Shown: positions 1-11,974 of the stretch, piece after piece
Numbering within the stretch: the first letter of the stretch is position 1
How the letters are laid out: each line of letters begins with the position of its first letter
Assembly (NCBI GenBank): GCA_010909165.1
Contig: MU008164.1
Location: 1,550,001 to 1,614,000, forward strand
Length of the DNA stretch: 64,000 nt
Reading direction: 5' to 3'
Source: Anthoceros angustus
Taxonomy: Eukaryota; Plantae; Anthocerotophyta
Position numbers and translations under genes: made by a program
Notes under the pieces: generated by a model
What the model saw: the letters and a program-made list of their open reading frames with translations, nothing else
The model's database searches: none
Told to the model about the DNA's origin: nothing

Positions 1-400
1 TGCCTGCTCCATTCTGTGCTGTGCAGAGGCAGATCCCAGGATTAGGGAGGGCAAGCGTCCGCTGCGGTTTAATGCTCCGCTCTTCTTGAGCGGCATGTCG
101 ATCAAGGGCTCGGGCTCTGCGCGCTTCCGGCACAGAGCGCCTCCTGGCTTGGCTCTCCTGGAATTGGGAAGCAGGTGGAATTGGTGCGCGCGCCGCAGGA
201 GTGATTGTACGAAAAAGCCACAGCGTTGAGCTCAGGGTTGCGGCCTTCCCCGCGGCGCAACAAGAAGGTGCAGGGTCGAGGCTAGGGCCACGGCCGTGCT
301 GGAATGCGTGTGGAAAGGAGCGGGAATTTGAGCAGGTCGGGGCTTTCTTGTTGCTGGAATTCTGGATTGCGGTGGTGCGGGAGTTCTTGCGAATTTGGTG

Positions 401-2143
401 ATGGTGCCGTCGCCGGGGGTGTCGGGAGGGGAGGAGTCAGGGATGAAGGCGAACGGCCTTCTGGTGGCCGCCGGGGCTGAGAGCACCAGCAGCAAGAGGC
501 AGAGGAGGCCGAGCGTGAGGCTGGGAGAGCCCTCGGACCACCCCGCGTCCAATATTCTGCAAAACCCTCCCAAGAGGAGGAGAGTGCAGGAGGAGGAAGA
601 GGAGGGGGACGAGGACGAGGAGGAGCGGGAGCGGGAGAAGGAGGAGGAGAAGGAGAAGGAGAAGGGGGAGGAGGAGCAGGAGCGGGAGGAGGAGGAGGAG
701 CAGGAGAAAGAGGAGGAGAAGGGGGAGGAGGAGCAGGAGCGGGAGGAGGAGGAGGAGCGGGAGAAAGAGGAGGAGAAGGAGCGGGAGGAGCTGGAGCTGG
801 AGCAGGATGAGGAGCAGGCGAGGAAGATGGAGTGGGAAGGGGTTCCGGATCAGGAGCGGGAGGAGAGGGAGCGATACCGGGATGGATACCACGACGTGCC
901 TGTGCAGGGGGATTTCCCGTTTTCCGGCAAGGTGATGCACGCCAAGCCAAGGACCCGGACTCTGGAGCACGTTGCCAGCACGGCCAGCCAGTCTCAGCGG
1001 CAGAGGGATGCGGCGGTTCTGGCGGCTGGAAGCGGCGAGCCGGGGCTTTCTTCCAAGGAGAGCGATGGCGAGGGCCCGGGCGCGGCTGTGGAGCAGCAGC
1101 AGCAGGCTAACGGGGAGCAGGCCTCCGAGCAGGGGCTGGCTTTGGCTTTGGTTGTTGCGGCGGAGAAGCCTGTTACGGGCCGCCGGCAGCAGGTTAGCAA
1201 CGGGCCGGCCAAGCGCGGGAAGGCGACCAGGAGAGGAGGCAGGCGAGGCGGCTCCAGCGCCTCCTACAAGTCGATTGGAGGAATGCTGCAGACATCCAAG
1301 AAAGGGCAGGAGGAGAAGGTGAGCAAGGCGGGGAAGGCGGGGAGGCAGGGTAGGGCAGGGAAGGCGGGGAAGGAGAAGGAGAAGGAAGCGAAGCAGGGTA
1401 AGGAACGGCGGGAAGGTAGGGAAGGGAAGGAAGGGAAGGAGGATAAGGACTCCAAGGTTTCAGAAACAGAGAGCGTGAAGAATCCGTCTGTGGAGGAGAG
1501 GCAGAGCAGGGAGGCTCTCCCGCTGCCTCTGCCGCTTGCTCTTCCTCTGAGTCTGTTCCCGCCTCCTCCCGTGCCGCTTGCTATTCTTCCTCCGCCTGCT
1601 GCATCCGACAAGGAGCGGGAGAGCTCGGATCGGGGGCCTCTCAGCTCCGACGCGACGCAAAGCTCCTTCAACGAGCAGGGGAATGGGGAGGAGGCGGCTC
1701 CGAACGGGGGGCAGCAGCAGCAGCATGGGGATCTGCAGCAGGAGAAGATGAAGATGCCGTTGCCTCTGCCCTTGGCTGCACGGTCTCCCGCATTCCCTCC
1801 ACCGGAGACCAACGGCGGCAAGAGAGACGGCCGGGTGAAGAGCACGGATGCTGGCACAGCTGTTAGGCAGGAGGGGCCCCGAGCTGAGCAGCCGGAGCTC
1901 ACTGTGGGGGAGCTGAGCATCAAGTATCTGCACAGGGCAGCAGGTGCCTACACTTCAGGGGTCAGACCCTGGCTTTCGGCCCTCGGCTTGGGACACCATG
2001 CCGAGGTCTTTGAACAGAACGAGGTGGACGACGAGGTTCTGCCCTTGCTTACCATGGAGGATTTGACAGAAATGCGCATCCCCATTGGCCCCAAGCGGAA
2101 GATGTTCAATGCCATTCAGGTTCTTCGAGACTCTGTTCTTTGA
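401..2143 (+). CDS. SAM (sterile alpha motif) domain protein with long acidic/low-complexity N-terminal region
   Basis: Intronless ORF (first ATG 401). N-terminal KRQRRPSVRLG motif typical of plant SAM proteins. C-terminal SAM: VRPWLSALGLGHHAEVFEQNEVDDEVLPLLTMEDLTEMRIPIGPKRKMFNAI. Confidence 0.88.
   Translation: MVPSPGVSGGEESGMKANGLLVAAGAESTSSKRQRRPSVRLGEPSDHPASNILQNPPKRRRVQEEEEEGDEDEEEREREKEEEKEKEKGEEEQEREEEEEQEKEEEKGEEEQEREEEEEREKEEEKEREELELEQDEEQARKMEWEGVPDQEREERERYRDGYHDVPVQGDFPFSGKVMHAKPRTRTLEHVASTASQSQRQRDAAVLAAGSGEPGLSSKESDGEGPGAAVEQQQQANGEQASEQGLALALVVAAEKPVTGRRQQVSNGPAKRGKATRRGGRRGGSSASYKSIGGMLQTSKKGQEEKVSKAGKAGRQGRAGKAGKEKEKEAKQGKERREGREGKEGKEDKDSKVSETESVKNPSVEERQSREALPLPLPLALPLSLFPPPPVPLAILPPPAASDKERESSDRGPLSSDATQSSFNEQGNGEEAAPNGGQQQQHGDLQQEKMKMPLPLPLAARSPAFPPPETNGGKRDGRVKSTDAGTAVRQEGPRAEQPELTVGELSIKYLHRAAGAYTSGVRPWLSALGLGHHAEVFEQNEVDDEVLPLLTMEDLTEMRIPIGPKRKMFNAIQVLRDSVL
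588..872 (+). repeat. GAG/AAG-rich coding low-complexity tract (poly-Glu, E/K/R)
   Basis: Repeated gaggag/gagaag/gagcgg codons with an internal duplication of GEEEQEREEEEE. Confidence 0.9.
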
Positions 2144-2579
2144 TCCCTGCACATTTCTTGTGTACTATATTATGGCATCTAAGACGTCTTCTTCAAGTCA
2201 AGACTAATTGCTGGAGGATAGGTGAGCATTGTAATTATCAGTGGGTCAGGTGGATGGAGCGGCTAGACTACACTCCTGTCTGTTGCTTTGATTGCCATTG
2301 GAAACTTTGATTGCACTGCACATATTGGTTTGCTGTCTCGAAAGTGCAAGCCTTGAATTTCCAACTATCAGACTCTGGATCCGGTGAATTGAACATGTTG
2401 CTATACTTGCCATCTGGCTCTCGGTAGAGAGGAGGGAGAGGTAAAGCTCTGGCCCTTGTTGCAGACTCTCCCCACTGCAGCAGTGCAGAAGCAGGTGGGT
2501 GTGTCCTGGTTGTAGATGTAGAAGAAAAATTGTCCGCCGTGACGCACCCGTGGTCATTTGATACTCGAGCAGTCTGGTG

Positions 2580-2646
2580 ATGTTTCGTGGTTTGGTGGAG
2601 AATGTTTCATGGTTTGGTGGAGAATGTTTCATGGTTTGGTGGAGAA
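2580..2646. repeat. 3 x 22-bp tandem repeat
   Basis: atgtttc(a/g)tggtttggtggaga repeated three times. Confidence 0.95.
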
Positions 2647-2929
2647 ACCTTAATATTGCCTACCGTGGAGAAAAACCCGGCCATGGTTTCCCAGGCCCCT
2701 CTTCTTCTGGTCAGGATAACCTTCCCACAGCCAACTCTGGGAGGGAATAAGTGACACGGTCTTTACAGAACAAGAAGGGCCAAGAAGTGTCGCTGTTTAC
2801 CCGCCTTCTGCAGGCATGTAACGGCCTTTGGGCTTCCTTAGGGGATGCCCATGAAGTCATCAACATATGAAGGACAGGGGGACTTGGATGCCGGGAATGG
2901 CATGCATGTATACTTCGAGAATGCTCGAA

Positions 2930-3315
2930 GAGTTTTTGACAACCTGCCAGCCATGGCTGTGCTGGTATGGACAGCCATGCTGGGCATATGGTGAACATCT
3001 TGTTCGCCATGGTGAACTTGTCAGAAATGCGTTTCCCCTTTGGCCCCATCCGTAAGCTGTTCACATTTCATTCAGGTACTTGGAGACTCTGCACTTCGAT
3101 CACTGGCACCCTTTTTATGTACTATATTATGTCATCTGAGACGTCTTCAATACTGTTTGCTGAGCAACAGGCTATTGTATTGGACAGCGTTCCAGTGATC
3201 AGTTGTTGAGCGGGCTGGACGACGGATGACTTAGTTGGAGCCGTCAAGGTCTGGTGTCTTTAAATCACACTGGCTGGGTGAGGGAACTGGCTCCATGTAG
3301 GTGCAGAAGCAGGGC
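2930..3315 (+). pseudogene. Decayed duplicate of the SAM gene 3' end and 3' UTR
   Basis: cagaaatgcgtttcccctttggccccatccgtaagctgttc...gtactatattatgtcatctgagacgtctt aligns with 2068-2190 (cagaaatgcgcatccccattggccccaagcggaagatgttc...gtactatattatggcatctaagacgtctt). Translates LSEMRFPFGPIRKLF vs LTEMRIPIGPKRKMF. Confidence 0.8.
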
Positions 3316-3989
3316 CCTAGACCGGGGCATCACTGGAGGGAAACGGCCCATGTGTTCCCGTTAGGGTTAGGTCACATGTGTGCTGCCAATCGCGGTTCCG
3401 TTTTTCTGAGGCCTGCAAGTAGGCAGGGGTAATAACAAACAAACGAACAATTTTTTTTGGAAGTCCGCTGAGGACGGATATGCCACCATGGGACTCGGTT
3501 CTCCGGGCTACTTGCTCCATGGAGTAAACTAGGCTACAAGCACCAGAGGAACCCCATCCGACAACGTCGCAGGCAGTCAAGCAAGGAAAGCCAAGCTTTC
3601 GTCCCTGGGGCAAAGTTTTGGCGCAGACAGAAGTAAAAAGGCCGCCTCGCAGGTGACGAGAGCGGATGATTCTCCTGCAAAATTACATGTTATAAGATTG
3701 ATCGATTATCCATGAAGCCACCTGACTTGCCTGGAGTGAAGCTTCACCAATATTTGTGCGAGATCGAAACGTCTGTCTCTGTTCCAGTCGAACGTGTAGA
3801 AGCATGCGCAAGAATACCCGAAGGGAATCAATGCTGGCTCGTGCGATAGGAAGGCCAGGTCATCATCCGTAGGTAAAGCCTGAGGCTATTTTGCCTTACA
3901 AACTCATCAATGGGGACGCCCCCACTAAGCAGTGGAGCCCACCAGCCGGAATCGCCCGACACGTGTCCGTATCATACGGGCTCGTCCAC

Positions 3990-4170
3990 AATAAGAAAAG
4001 AATATACTATAGTCCACTTGGACTTTGTTATGGGACTTGGTACTTATGTACCATGGTGTATCTAGGTTACTTGCATCAAGGGCATCCATTCCTTCATGGA
4101 CCCCATCTAAGTACCCACATCTAAGTATCGACCTAAGTGCAAGATGTTTAATATCGAGGTTCGATCTAAG
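3990..4170 (-). repeat. Diverged copy of a ~190-bp dispersed repeat (probable non-LTR retroelement 3' end)
   Basis: tgggacttggtactta...caagggcatcca...accccatctaagtac is shared with copies at ~34.9, 39.2 and 61.3 kb. Confidence 0.7.
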
Positions 4171-4175
4171 TCCCT

Positions 4176-4410
4176 CCTTCACCACGTTGAGCTTTAGTGT
4201 CATTGATTAAACTCATTCCTTCACCACGTTGAGCTTTAGTGTCATTGAGTTTGTCGTTGCTTGCAGGTCGAATTGATAATTTTTACTTGGAGGAGGATGT
4301 GGTAATTTTTACTTGCAGGTGGATATGGTAATTTTAGCTTGCAGGTGGATGTGGTAATTTTGGCTTTTAGAGATGTGATTATTTTTGGTTGCAGGTGGAT
4401 GTGATAATTT
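4176..4410. repeat. Tandem repeats: 2 x ~31 bp followed by a degenerate ~25-35-bp array
   Basis: ccttcaccacgttgagctttagtgtcattga twice, then repeated ttgcaggtggatgtggtaatttt units. Confidence 0.85.
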
Positions 4411-5373
4411 GGCGCGCCTTTCGATTTGAAAGGGATCCACTAAGGATGGATGACCATCGATAGTTTGACGAATCCCATCAAACAAAACCAACCAACATAA
4501 CGATTAACTTGTCCAAATCAAGGGATGAATATATAAAACAAAACCTAGAGACTTCATTGAAGAAAAAGAGATGCAAAATCTCATCTACCCTGAGACAAAG
4601 AGGAACAACCCATAAAATAATGTATAAAACACCATCTTAACCCACAAATAAATAAAAAATAATTTTATTTTTCTAATCATTTTAATTATTAAATATATAA
4701 TTTATAAATAATTAAAATTTATAATCTAATAAAAATATTGAATTAACATCTTGGATTAATGTATGAATAGTTCTTTGAATGGTTAATTACATCTTGCAGT
4801 TCTCGCTTGATGGAAATGGAGTTGTGCTAAGACATTGGTTTCTCTACCCAAAAGAAACACAATTGTGAAACAGAAAAACTACTACAAGTCTATTTGTTAT
4901 CGATCGATCTATTTGACGACATGAAAGAGAAAATTGTAGTCCATAATTGAGGTAGGAGGCGGGCCTGTCATTTACAATGTGAGTATATGCTTTAGTGGTA
5001 ATTGTGGGCATTTGGTCTAATTTGATCATTTGTGTGCTATCATTCTAGCTTCGGGTGTGAGAGATTGTGAGTTCAATTCGGCATGTAGTCTAATGGTATA
5101 ATTTTAGCATTGGGTGCGATTTGGCATGTGTTCAAATGGTATGATTCTAGCATTGGGTGCGAAAAGTTATGAATTCGATTTGAATCTCGCAATGTCCCTA
5201 TCAGACAATTCAAATAATCCAATACTCTTAAACCACTACAAAAAAACAAGAAGATTATCATTTTTATTAGCATATGTATGTATATGTATCATAAACATAC
5301 TTTTATACATAATATGATAATATGCTAAATTTTATTAGTTAGGTCTCATAAAAATATAATGAAAAGATCATCG

Positions 5374-5615
5374 AAGGTAGGGTTTATGTCTAGTCTATTA
5401 CCAAGGATCCTTGGTAATAGACATACTCATAAACCCTACCTTGAATAGCCATGTCTTACATGGACATACACACTTACTACTTGATATTTGGAAATTAACT
5501 AATTTTTTGGTAACTAGTAAACCACTCAGTCATATTGAGTTAAGATGATTGAGTGGTTTAATATAAACTTCTATTGGAAACAAGACATCATAAGTCCTCG
5601 CATTGTTTCCAATGT
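5374..5615. repeat. Stacked inverted repeats / hairpins
   Basis: Perfect 30-bp palindrome 5393-5422 inside arms aaggtagggtttatg/cataaaccctacctt. Two further imperfect hairpins at ~5520-5558 and ~5573-5613. Confidence 0.85.
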
Positions 5616-5681
5616 AGATGGATAAGGATATAATATTCTATATGTGGTTTAAAGTAAGTCTTCAACTGAAGCAATATATAA

Positions 5682-5781
5682 AATGTTAACTCACCAAAAT
5701 AATAATTTAACTTCATAACATTGGATTTAATGTTAGCTCACCAAAATAATAACTCAACTTTATAACATTGGATTGAAATGC
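5682..5781. repeat. 2 x ~47-bp tandem repeat
   Basis: aatgtta(a/g)ctcaccaaaataataa...ataacattggatt twice. Confidence 0.85.
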
Positions 5782-6939
5782 CACGACATAAAACATGTTG
5801 TACAATTCAAGATAGCCATAGAATAACCAGCCTTCGCACTGGATTAAAGTGGATTAAAAGGAACAACATGACTTTTTTTCACTTCTTAATTGAGTTTTTT
5901 TTGTTTTAGTCAAATTCGGAGCTACTCTGTAATTTGTGTCGTCAATGTAGTGTACGTAGCATTGCTAACTTGTTTCGTAAGTAAGGCCGTGGATACAAAT
6001 GTCACAATTATACACACAATTCACCGATTCATTATGGATTGTTCAATGATGTCATTGGATCTCTACCCATGAGTATTTAGGAAATTCATTGGTTGGAGAT
6101 CCAACACTATTGTCTCATTAACCAGGCGGCAATGGACCATGACTTTGGAATTCACCGACCGAGTTTTCTTCCATGGATTTAGAGAGTATGAAATTTCAGG
6201 GAAACTTATGTTCTATGAGTTTAGGGAGTTTGAAATCCCATGAACATTAGCTAGCAACATATTTGCAAGTACACAATGCGGAGGTAGTATGAGAAATATC
6301 ATAAGAATAGAGAAAGGCTCAAGGAAGGCCCGCTGCCCATTGACAAAGGAGGGGAGCGAGGGGTCGGACGTGCACGACCCAGTCTACACTCGCAAATCTT
6401 TTGGAAGCGATAAAATTTGAGCGAGAGAATGCCACGTTAGAGCTGGGTGTAAATACTTTGTAGATAGCGGAAGGTATGATAAAGAAAGGAATAAATGAAG
6501 GTGGGTTCAGTGAAGTCCCGATTCCCAATGGCGGTCCTGGACCTGGTCTTTGTCCTAGATAGCGGGGGCAATGCCGTGAAGAATGCTTCTCTTTGTGTGG
6601 ATTGTCTTTCTAAGGCGCAGTTATGATAGTTGGGGTGAATTTTGGGAACTATAAGAAGATTTGTTTTTGATATCGGGTCAATGCCTTGCAAAATGCTTCT
6701 TGTGTGGATTGTCTTTCTAATGCACACCAAGTTGTTACGATATTTGGGGCTAATTTGGAGGACTATAAGAGGATTTTTTTATTGATGGACAACGGAAGAA
6801 AATCCGTAAGTATATTGCGAAAAATGATGCAAGAGAACTTGGTCACCGAAGGATTGAGAAATGAAATTTTCTTCTAGACAATTGTGGAAAAAGCAACAAA
6901 TCTAAACAGCCTCAAGCCATAAGCCGAACTTGGACCATT

Positions 6940-7170
6940 CGTTATTGAATCCTTAGTTGTTGTTAGTTTCTTTTGTTGGACCCTTGGCTCATTCCCTGCT
7001 AAATTCTTAGCTTTTTGCTGAACCCTTGACTCGTTCCTTGTTAAATTCTTAGCTCTTGTGAGCTTTTTTTGCTGGTCCATTAATTGGTGTATGATTCCTT
7101 GTTGAATCCCTAGCTATTGTGAGTGCTGGACCCTTGGCTATTAAATCCTTAGTTGTTGTGAGTTTTTTTT
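6940..7170. repeat. Degenerate tandem array (ccttggct/cttagct units); related array at ~9120-9360
   Basis: Repeated tttttgctggacccttggctc...aaattcttagct units. Confidence 0.7.
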
Positions 7171-10100
7171 ACGTAAAAAAAATTAGATAAATCATGAGGT
7201 GGCCTAGGGAACCCTCTGGCAGATAAATCATGAGATGGTACAGAGTTTATGGCCTAGTCAACCCCATGGCAAAGATATTAGCTTCCGTAAGCTAGAGCAA
7301 AAATAAAAACTACTCAAAGAGGGCATGTCTACTGGAGAAGTAGACCATTCATTCTAGCTCATGGAATCGCGGAAGACAATGGCTAGGTCAATAGAGACTC
7401 CATGACCGCTAAGGGCGCAAAGAGTGTATCGAGACCAACCATATCTTGAATTTGCATCAGTAGCCCGGAGATGTCTTGCAGCTTCAGAGTCTCATCCACC
7501 TGAAACATCAGAATAGGGGGTAAAGAAATGGCTTGCTCTCTAAAGTGGATCATCGCTGTGCGCACAATTGCCAAAAGGATGCAGGTTGCATCTAGTTCGC
7601 AAGCTGAGTTGGGAGAACAGTCGAGAAGGCTCCGCAACTTTATGGTGAAGGAGGTAAGGCTCCACGCCACAAGCCCTGTCTCGCAAGCACCCAATCCCAG
7701 GAAGCCAGAGCTTTGACCTCAACCATGATCACAAAATTTGAGCTTAGCCCTCCTAGAGTCCCTGACCTGAGTGAGGCCATGAATTGCAGGATCTCGATTT
7801 GCACTCACCAAAGTCCGACCCTCCAGCTCTTCAACGAACAGAAACATCTCTTACAGAGATGTGCAGGAGCTCACAAATGTAGTGCCCTGTGCAACAATAG
7901 CCTCCACAAAGGCTTGTAAGTCACCTTTCTGGTTTGCGAAAGTGTGGAGGGTAGCCTCCATATCAACGCCAATTACAGGTTGTTCTTCTATCATCATCGT
8001 AGCACGGATAGGATCTTTCAGCCCATGGGCAGGAGGTGCTAGGGGTTGGGTGTACGTCCACATCCACAAGCTCAGGAAAATCATCATCACTGTTGTCACT
8101 TGAGGAGCCATCACCATCAGATCTGCCCACAGCCGAGGCCGCAGCAACTTTAGCAGCCTTGAGTACCATCAAAGTGCCCTTCCTTTCCACACACAATGGT
8201 ACTAGGCCCGCTAGGATCAACCTCTCATCCCACTCTTATTTTTTGTGAATCTTCCTGTGGAGCTCCTTCACAAGATCTGCCAGCCGTCTATGCTAAAGAT
8301 GGAAGGTAATCTCCTGCAAGTGCAAAGATCCTGCTCCACCTTTGCACGCAAGGACAACGCAAGCTTGGAAGCTAGGGCACCTAGGCAGTTATTGTTTGGA
8401 ATGTGGCAACCGACTCGAGTTCCATCCAGATCCGTGCGGAGCATGAGCACAAATTCGTTTCTATATGAGAATGCTAAGGTGGGGTGACGAACCAGCACTG
8501 GCTTGTAGTGGGAGGGTTGGGTACTAGCGAAAGAGTTCGGGGAGATACAAGATTCAAGGACCATGCTGCTCTGTGTAAGCATCGCTGAGTCTCTGCATGC
8601 ATCTTCTCCTCAAGGACAGCCTTGTCCAACTTTCCACTTGGCCTTGCATAAGGAGGCAAGAAAGTTTTTCAGGGACACATCCTTGCATCTATTAATATTG
8701 AGGAGGGAGTTCCTCAATAACAGATCTTAACAGGGCAGCCTGATGGACTTATCAAGGAAACGGCTGAGGAGGGCCTTGCTGAGGACAGGTGCCAAGGCGG
8801 AGGTCCATGATGTCAACTATGGCCGAGTCATAGTCATCCGGTAGAGCAAGGGTGAGTGTGAGTAGAGGGGATAGTGACGACAAGGTCATCACCAAAGTAG
8901 CAGACATGAACTGCTGCAGGAAGGGAGTTGAAATGGGGAGCCAAGGGAGAGGCGACACCTAGAGCAACATTGGCCAGGTCGGGATACAAATTGTGAGGAG
9001 GGGGACCAATGGCACGGTTGACTTGGGGGAGGCCATCGCTCTTCTTCCCCTAGGTGCTGGTAGCACGATGCAAAGGGACTCTTTGCTTGACTCTTGGCTC
9101 GTGTATGCTTCTATGCTGAATCTTTAGGTCTTGTAAGCCTCCCTTGTTGGACACATGGCTGTTCTAAAGTTCCCTTGCTTCATGGTTCAGACTTGGTTGT
9201 TGAATGCTTAGGTGTTGTGAGGGTTGTGAGGTTGCTGGATCCTTGGCTGTATAAGGTTCCGTCACTGGATCTTTGGCTCTTTATTTCTTAGCTGCAATGA
9301 GGCTCCCTTGCTAAATCCTTGGCTGTTGTAAGGTTCCTTTGCTACATCTTTGGCTCTTGTTATCCGTACTAGTAAGACCATTATGGCTCTTTAAATTAAT
9401 GAATTCTCGATATTCTACTAAACAATATTATGTAATAGTGGGACATTCCTATGGAATACCGAAGTCATCATGGAGCCACCAAGGGTTTTTATCGAGGGTG
9501 ACATAAGAAGTTTTCTCGCCGCATACGGTGGGAAAACTTCTTATGTGACACAGTTGACGACATCGGCTGGGGATACCAGCCTCCCATGTGCCAATGTCAT
9601 CAGAAGGTTTGTCAAGATTCCTTTTAGGATGCGATATACATGGATGCGATATACATTACTTCATGCACAGCTTGAACGTCTTACATGTGCACATTCGGGA
9701 CCTTCGCGCAACATGTCCGACATATATGTCCATGTGTGGTCCAGGTGAACCCTAAATGGGGTAGGATTAAAACTAGATGACGACATCGGAACTCCAGAGC
9801 GCAAGTTGCGAGACAAAAAGATTTCCGCCTACGGCCCGTTGTGGCCTGTATATGGTGAAGGAATCTTGAAGATGCCGAGGCATCTAAATGTAGAATACTG
9901 GACAAAAAAACCTGTGACACACAACCTGCCCAGTGACGACTTTAATATTCCATACATTCCACTAAACAACAGTATGTAATAGTTCCGACGGATAGAAACT
10001 ATATTAAGTAGTTATATAGCTTATGCAGTTCTCAAACTAAGGAATGTTCCTCCTTGTATCTACATATAGGAATCCAAGCGACGACATGTACAATCCAAGA

Positions 10101-10429
10101 CCGAATTTCCTTGCTTAGGCATATCTTTAATATTCTAGGTTCGGTTCATAAGGTCATTCGTGTGACGAGGGGGAGGTTGTATGTACTATAGAAAGGTAGA
10201 AAGTAGTTTTAGGATTGTACCTCTCTCGGACTCTACTCCGGCACAATGTGCGCGGAGCCGCACACAGGGTGGCAGGCGAGTGTGAGGCCGAAGAACCACA
10301 TATATTGGGTGGGCTGGGTGGTAGTCTTAGAAGTGGGCTTGCGAGATGGATGTGTGTTGAATCCTCAGCAATGCTGCTAAGGGAAAACCCTACGTCTGTT
10401 CGCTTGCACAATGTATTAAAAAAAGTGGT

Positions 10430-11290
10430 ATGGACTGGATTGGAAGGGATCTGCATGCACAGATTCAGAAGATGGCAGTGGACTCAGCTTGGTTTGTTGC
10501 CAACTGCCGGATAGATGGGCATGGAAAATGTGGAACTCTAAACCCTATGGCCAGAGAGTGTGTTGACACATTGCCGTTATGCCGTGGAGAACCCTGGTGC
10601 ATGCACAGCGGGATCTGGTCGAGAAGCACCTTATCTTCATGGAACAGGAATGGACAACAGCAGCTTTGCTTATCTTCTTCCTGCAGGCATGTAACAGCCT
10701 TGGGAGTTTTTTAGGGAAAGCATATAATGCACAGATTGCAGGCAAGGTGGAGATGATTTTATAGTGCTTGACCATTTGCCCACACCAGAGCACATTGTAA
10801 AGCACTGTAAAATAGTCCTCCGCCCTCCCTGTAATCGTGCTCCCAGAGGCTGAGCTTTGGTTCAGGGGAATCAGGACAGAGCATTGGAGTCGGTTGTGGT
10901 GGATACTCTGGGTGACATGTCTGTGCAATGTGGGAGGATCTGAATATGTGACGACATGGAATGGCATTTGGATAGGTATGCCCATGTTGATACAGTATGG
11001 CTCTGCCTGCAGCAGACTGTGATGCCTAACGGTGCTACGTACTCTTATGGTGGAATGCAGTCATGAATGCTGATGAACGAAATCCTGAAGTATTTCAGGA
11101 TGAAGGAGGAACCTGGCGTTCTGCCCACTGCTCATCATTATTGCTGGTATGGGCGATCTCCTTTCACTGTCATTTAGACGAGGCAGAGAATGTGCTGCAG
11201 ATTATGCCACCTGAAGAATGTCCTTGCTCATATGGGGTCGTTGGCAATCCCTGTGTAAATGCTGGTGGGTGGGGGACATGGATGGACTAG
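10430..11290 (+). pseudogene. Degenerate PLS-class PPR gene
   Basis: Frameshifted fragments GRDLHAQIQKMAVDSAWFVANCRIDGHGKCG (L/S motifs), FFLQAC, VTTWNG and HLDEAENVLQIMP (S2-like). Confidence 0.7.
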
Positions 11291-11974
11291 AAAGCTTGAT
11301 AATGTGGCACAAGATGCACACGCACACAAGTTTCACGAGTTAGGTACACAAGAGCAAGGTCCACGAGTTTGCAGTGGAAAAGGTCGAGGACTCTCATCTC
11401 ATCAAAGTTGGGAAACATAATTCAATACCTAGTGATGAACTGAGACCATGTCCCTCAACCTGGCGCAGTGTCTTCTCAACACCTCAGGTAGGCGTCTCTT
11501 GTGGTTCCTAGCAATAAGAATCTTCAACAACGAATTTCAGAAGGAAGGCCACAGCGACACAAAATCGTGTCATGTCTTGGGAAACGAGAAATCATCGGTA
11601 AAGATGCACGATGCACACCGTGTGCACAACTCATCTCGTGGATAGCGCGTTTATGATTGAGACAGCTGGGTGCCACATTCCTTCACCACAACCAGCCAAA
11701 ACTCTGTGCGGACAAGCACCAAACTTTAGTTTCGAAGGAGGACACAGATCCGAAGCCACCTGAGATGACAGAAACTACGTCGTCATCCCAGACATTCATG
11801 AAGGCTGTTTTTCGGCACTGGCGATCTAGAGGATTTCGTAAGGAAAGCGAGTCATGCCTTCTGCTTTTTTTTCAGTTTTGCCTCCCCATATGTTCCTGCG
11901 AATAATAGTAGGTGGTCTAAAACCAGCGGAAGATTTCAACACTACAGCCATTTCCGTCCCCCGGCCTAACAGAC

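Noticed and set aside
232-1933. Long Pro-rich and Leu-rich minus-strand ORFs
   Set aside because: Antisense shadows of the GAG-rich SAM gene.
2580-2646. CRISPR-like repeats (also 33833-33945 and 53404-53620)
   Set aside because: Head-to-tail units without unique spacers, eukaryotic context, no cas genes.
9470-9748. Possible gag-like fragment (FIEGDIRSFLAAY)
   Set aside because: Similarity too weak; no LTRs or pol motifs seen.
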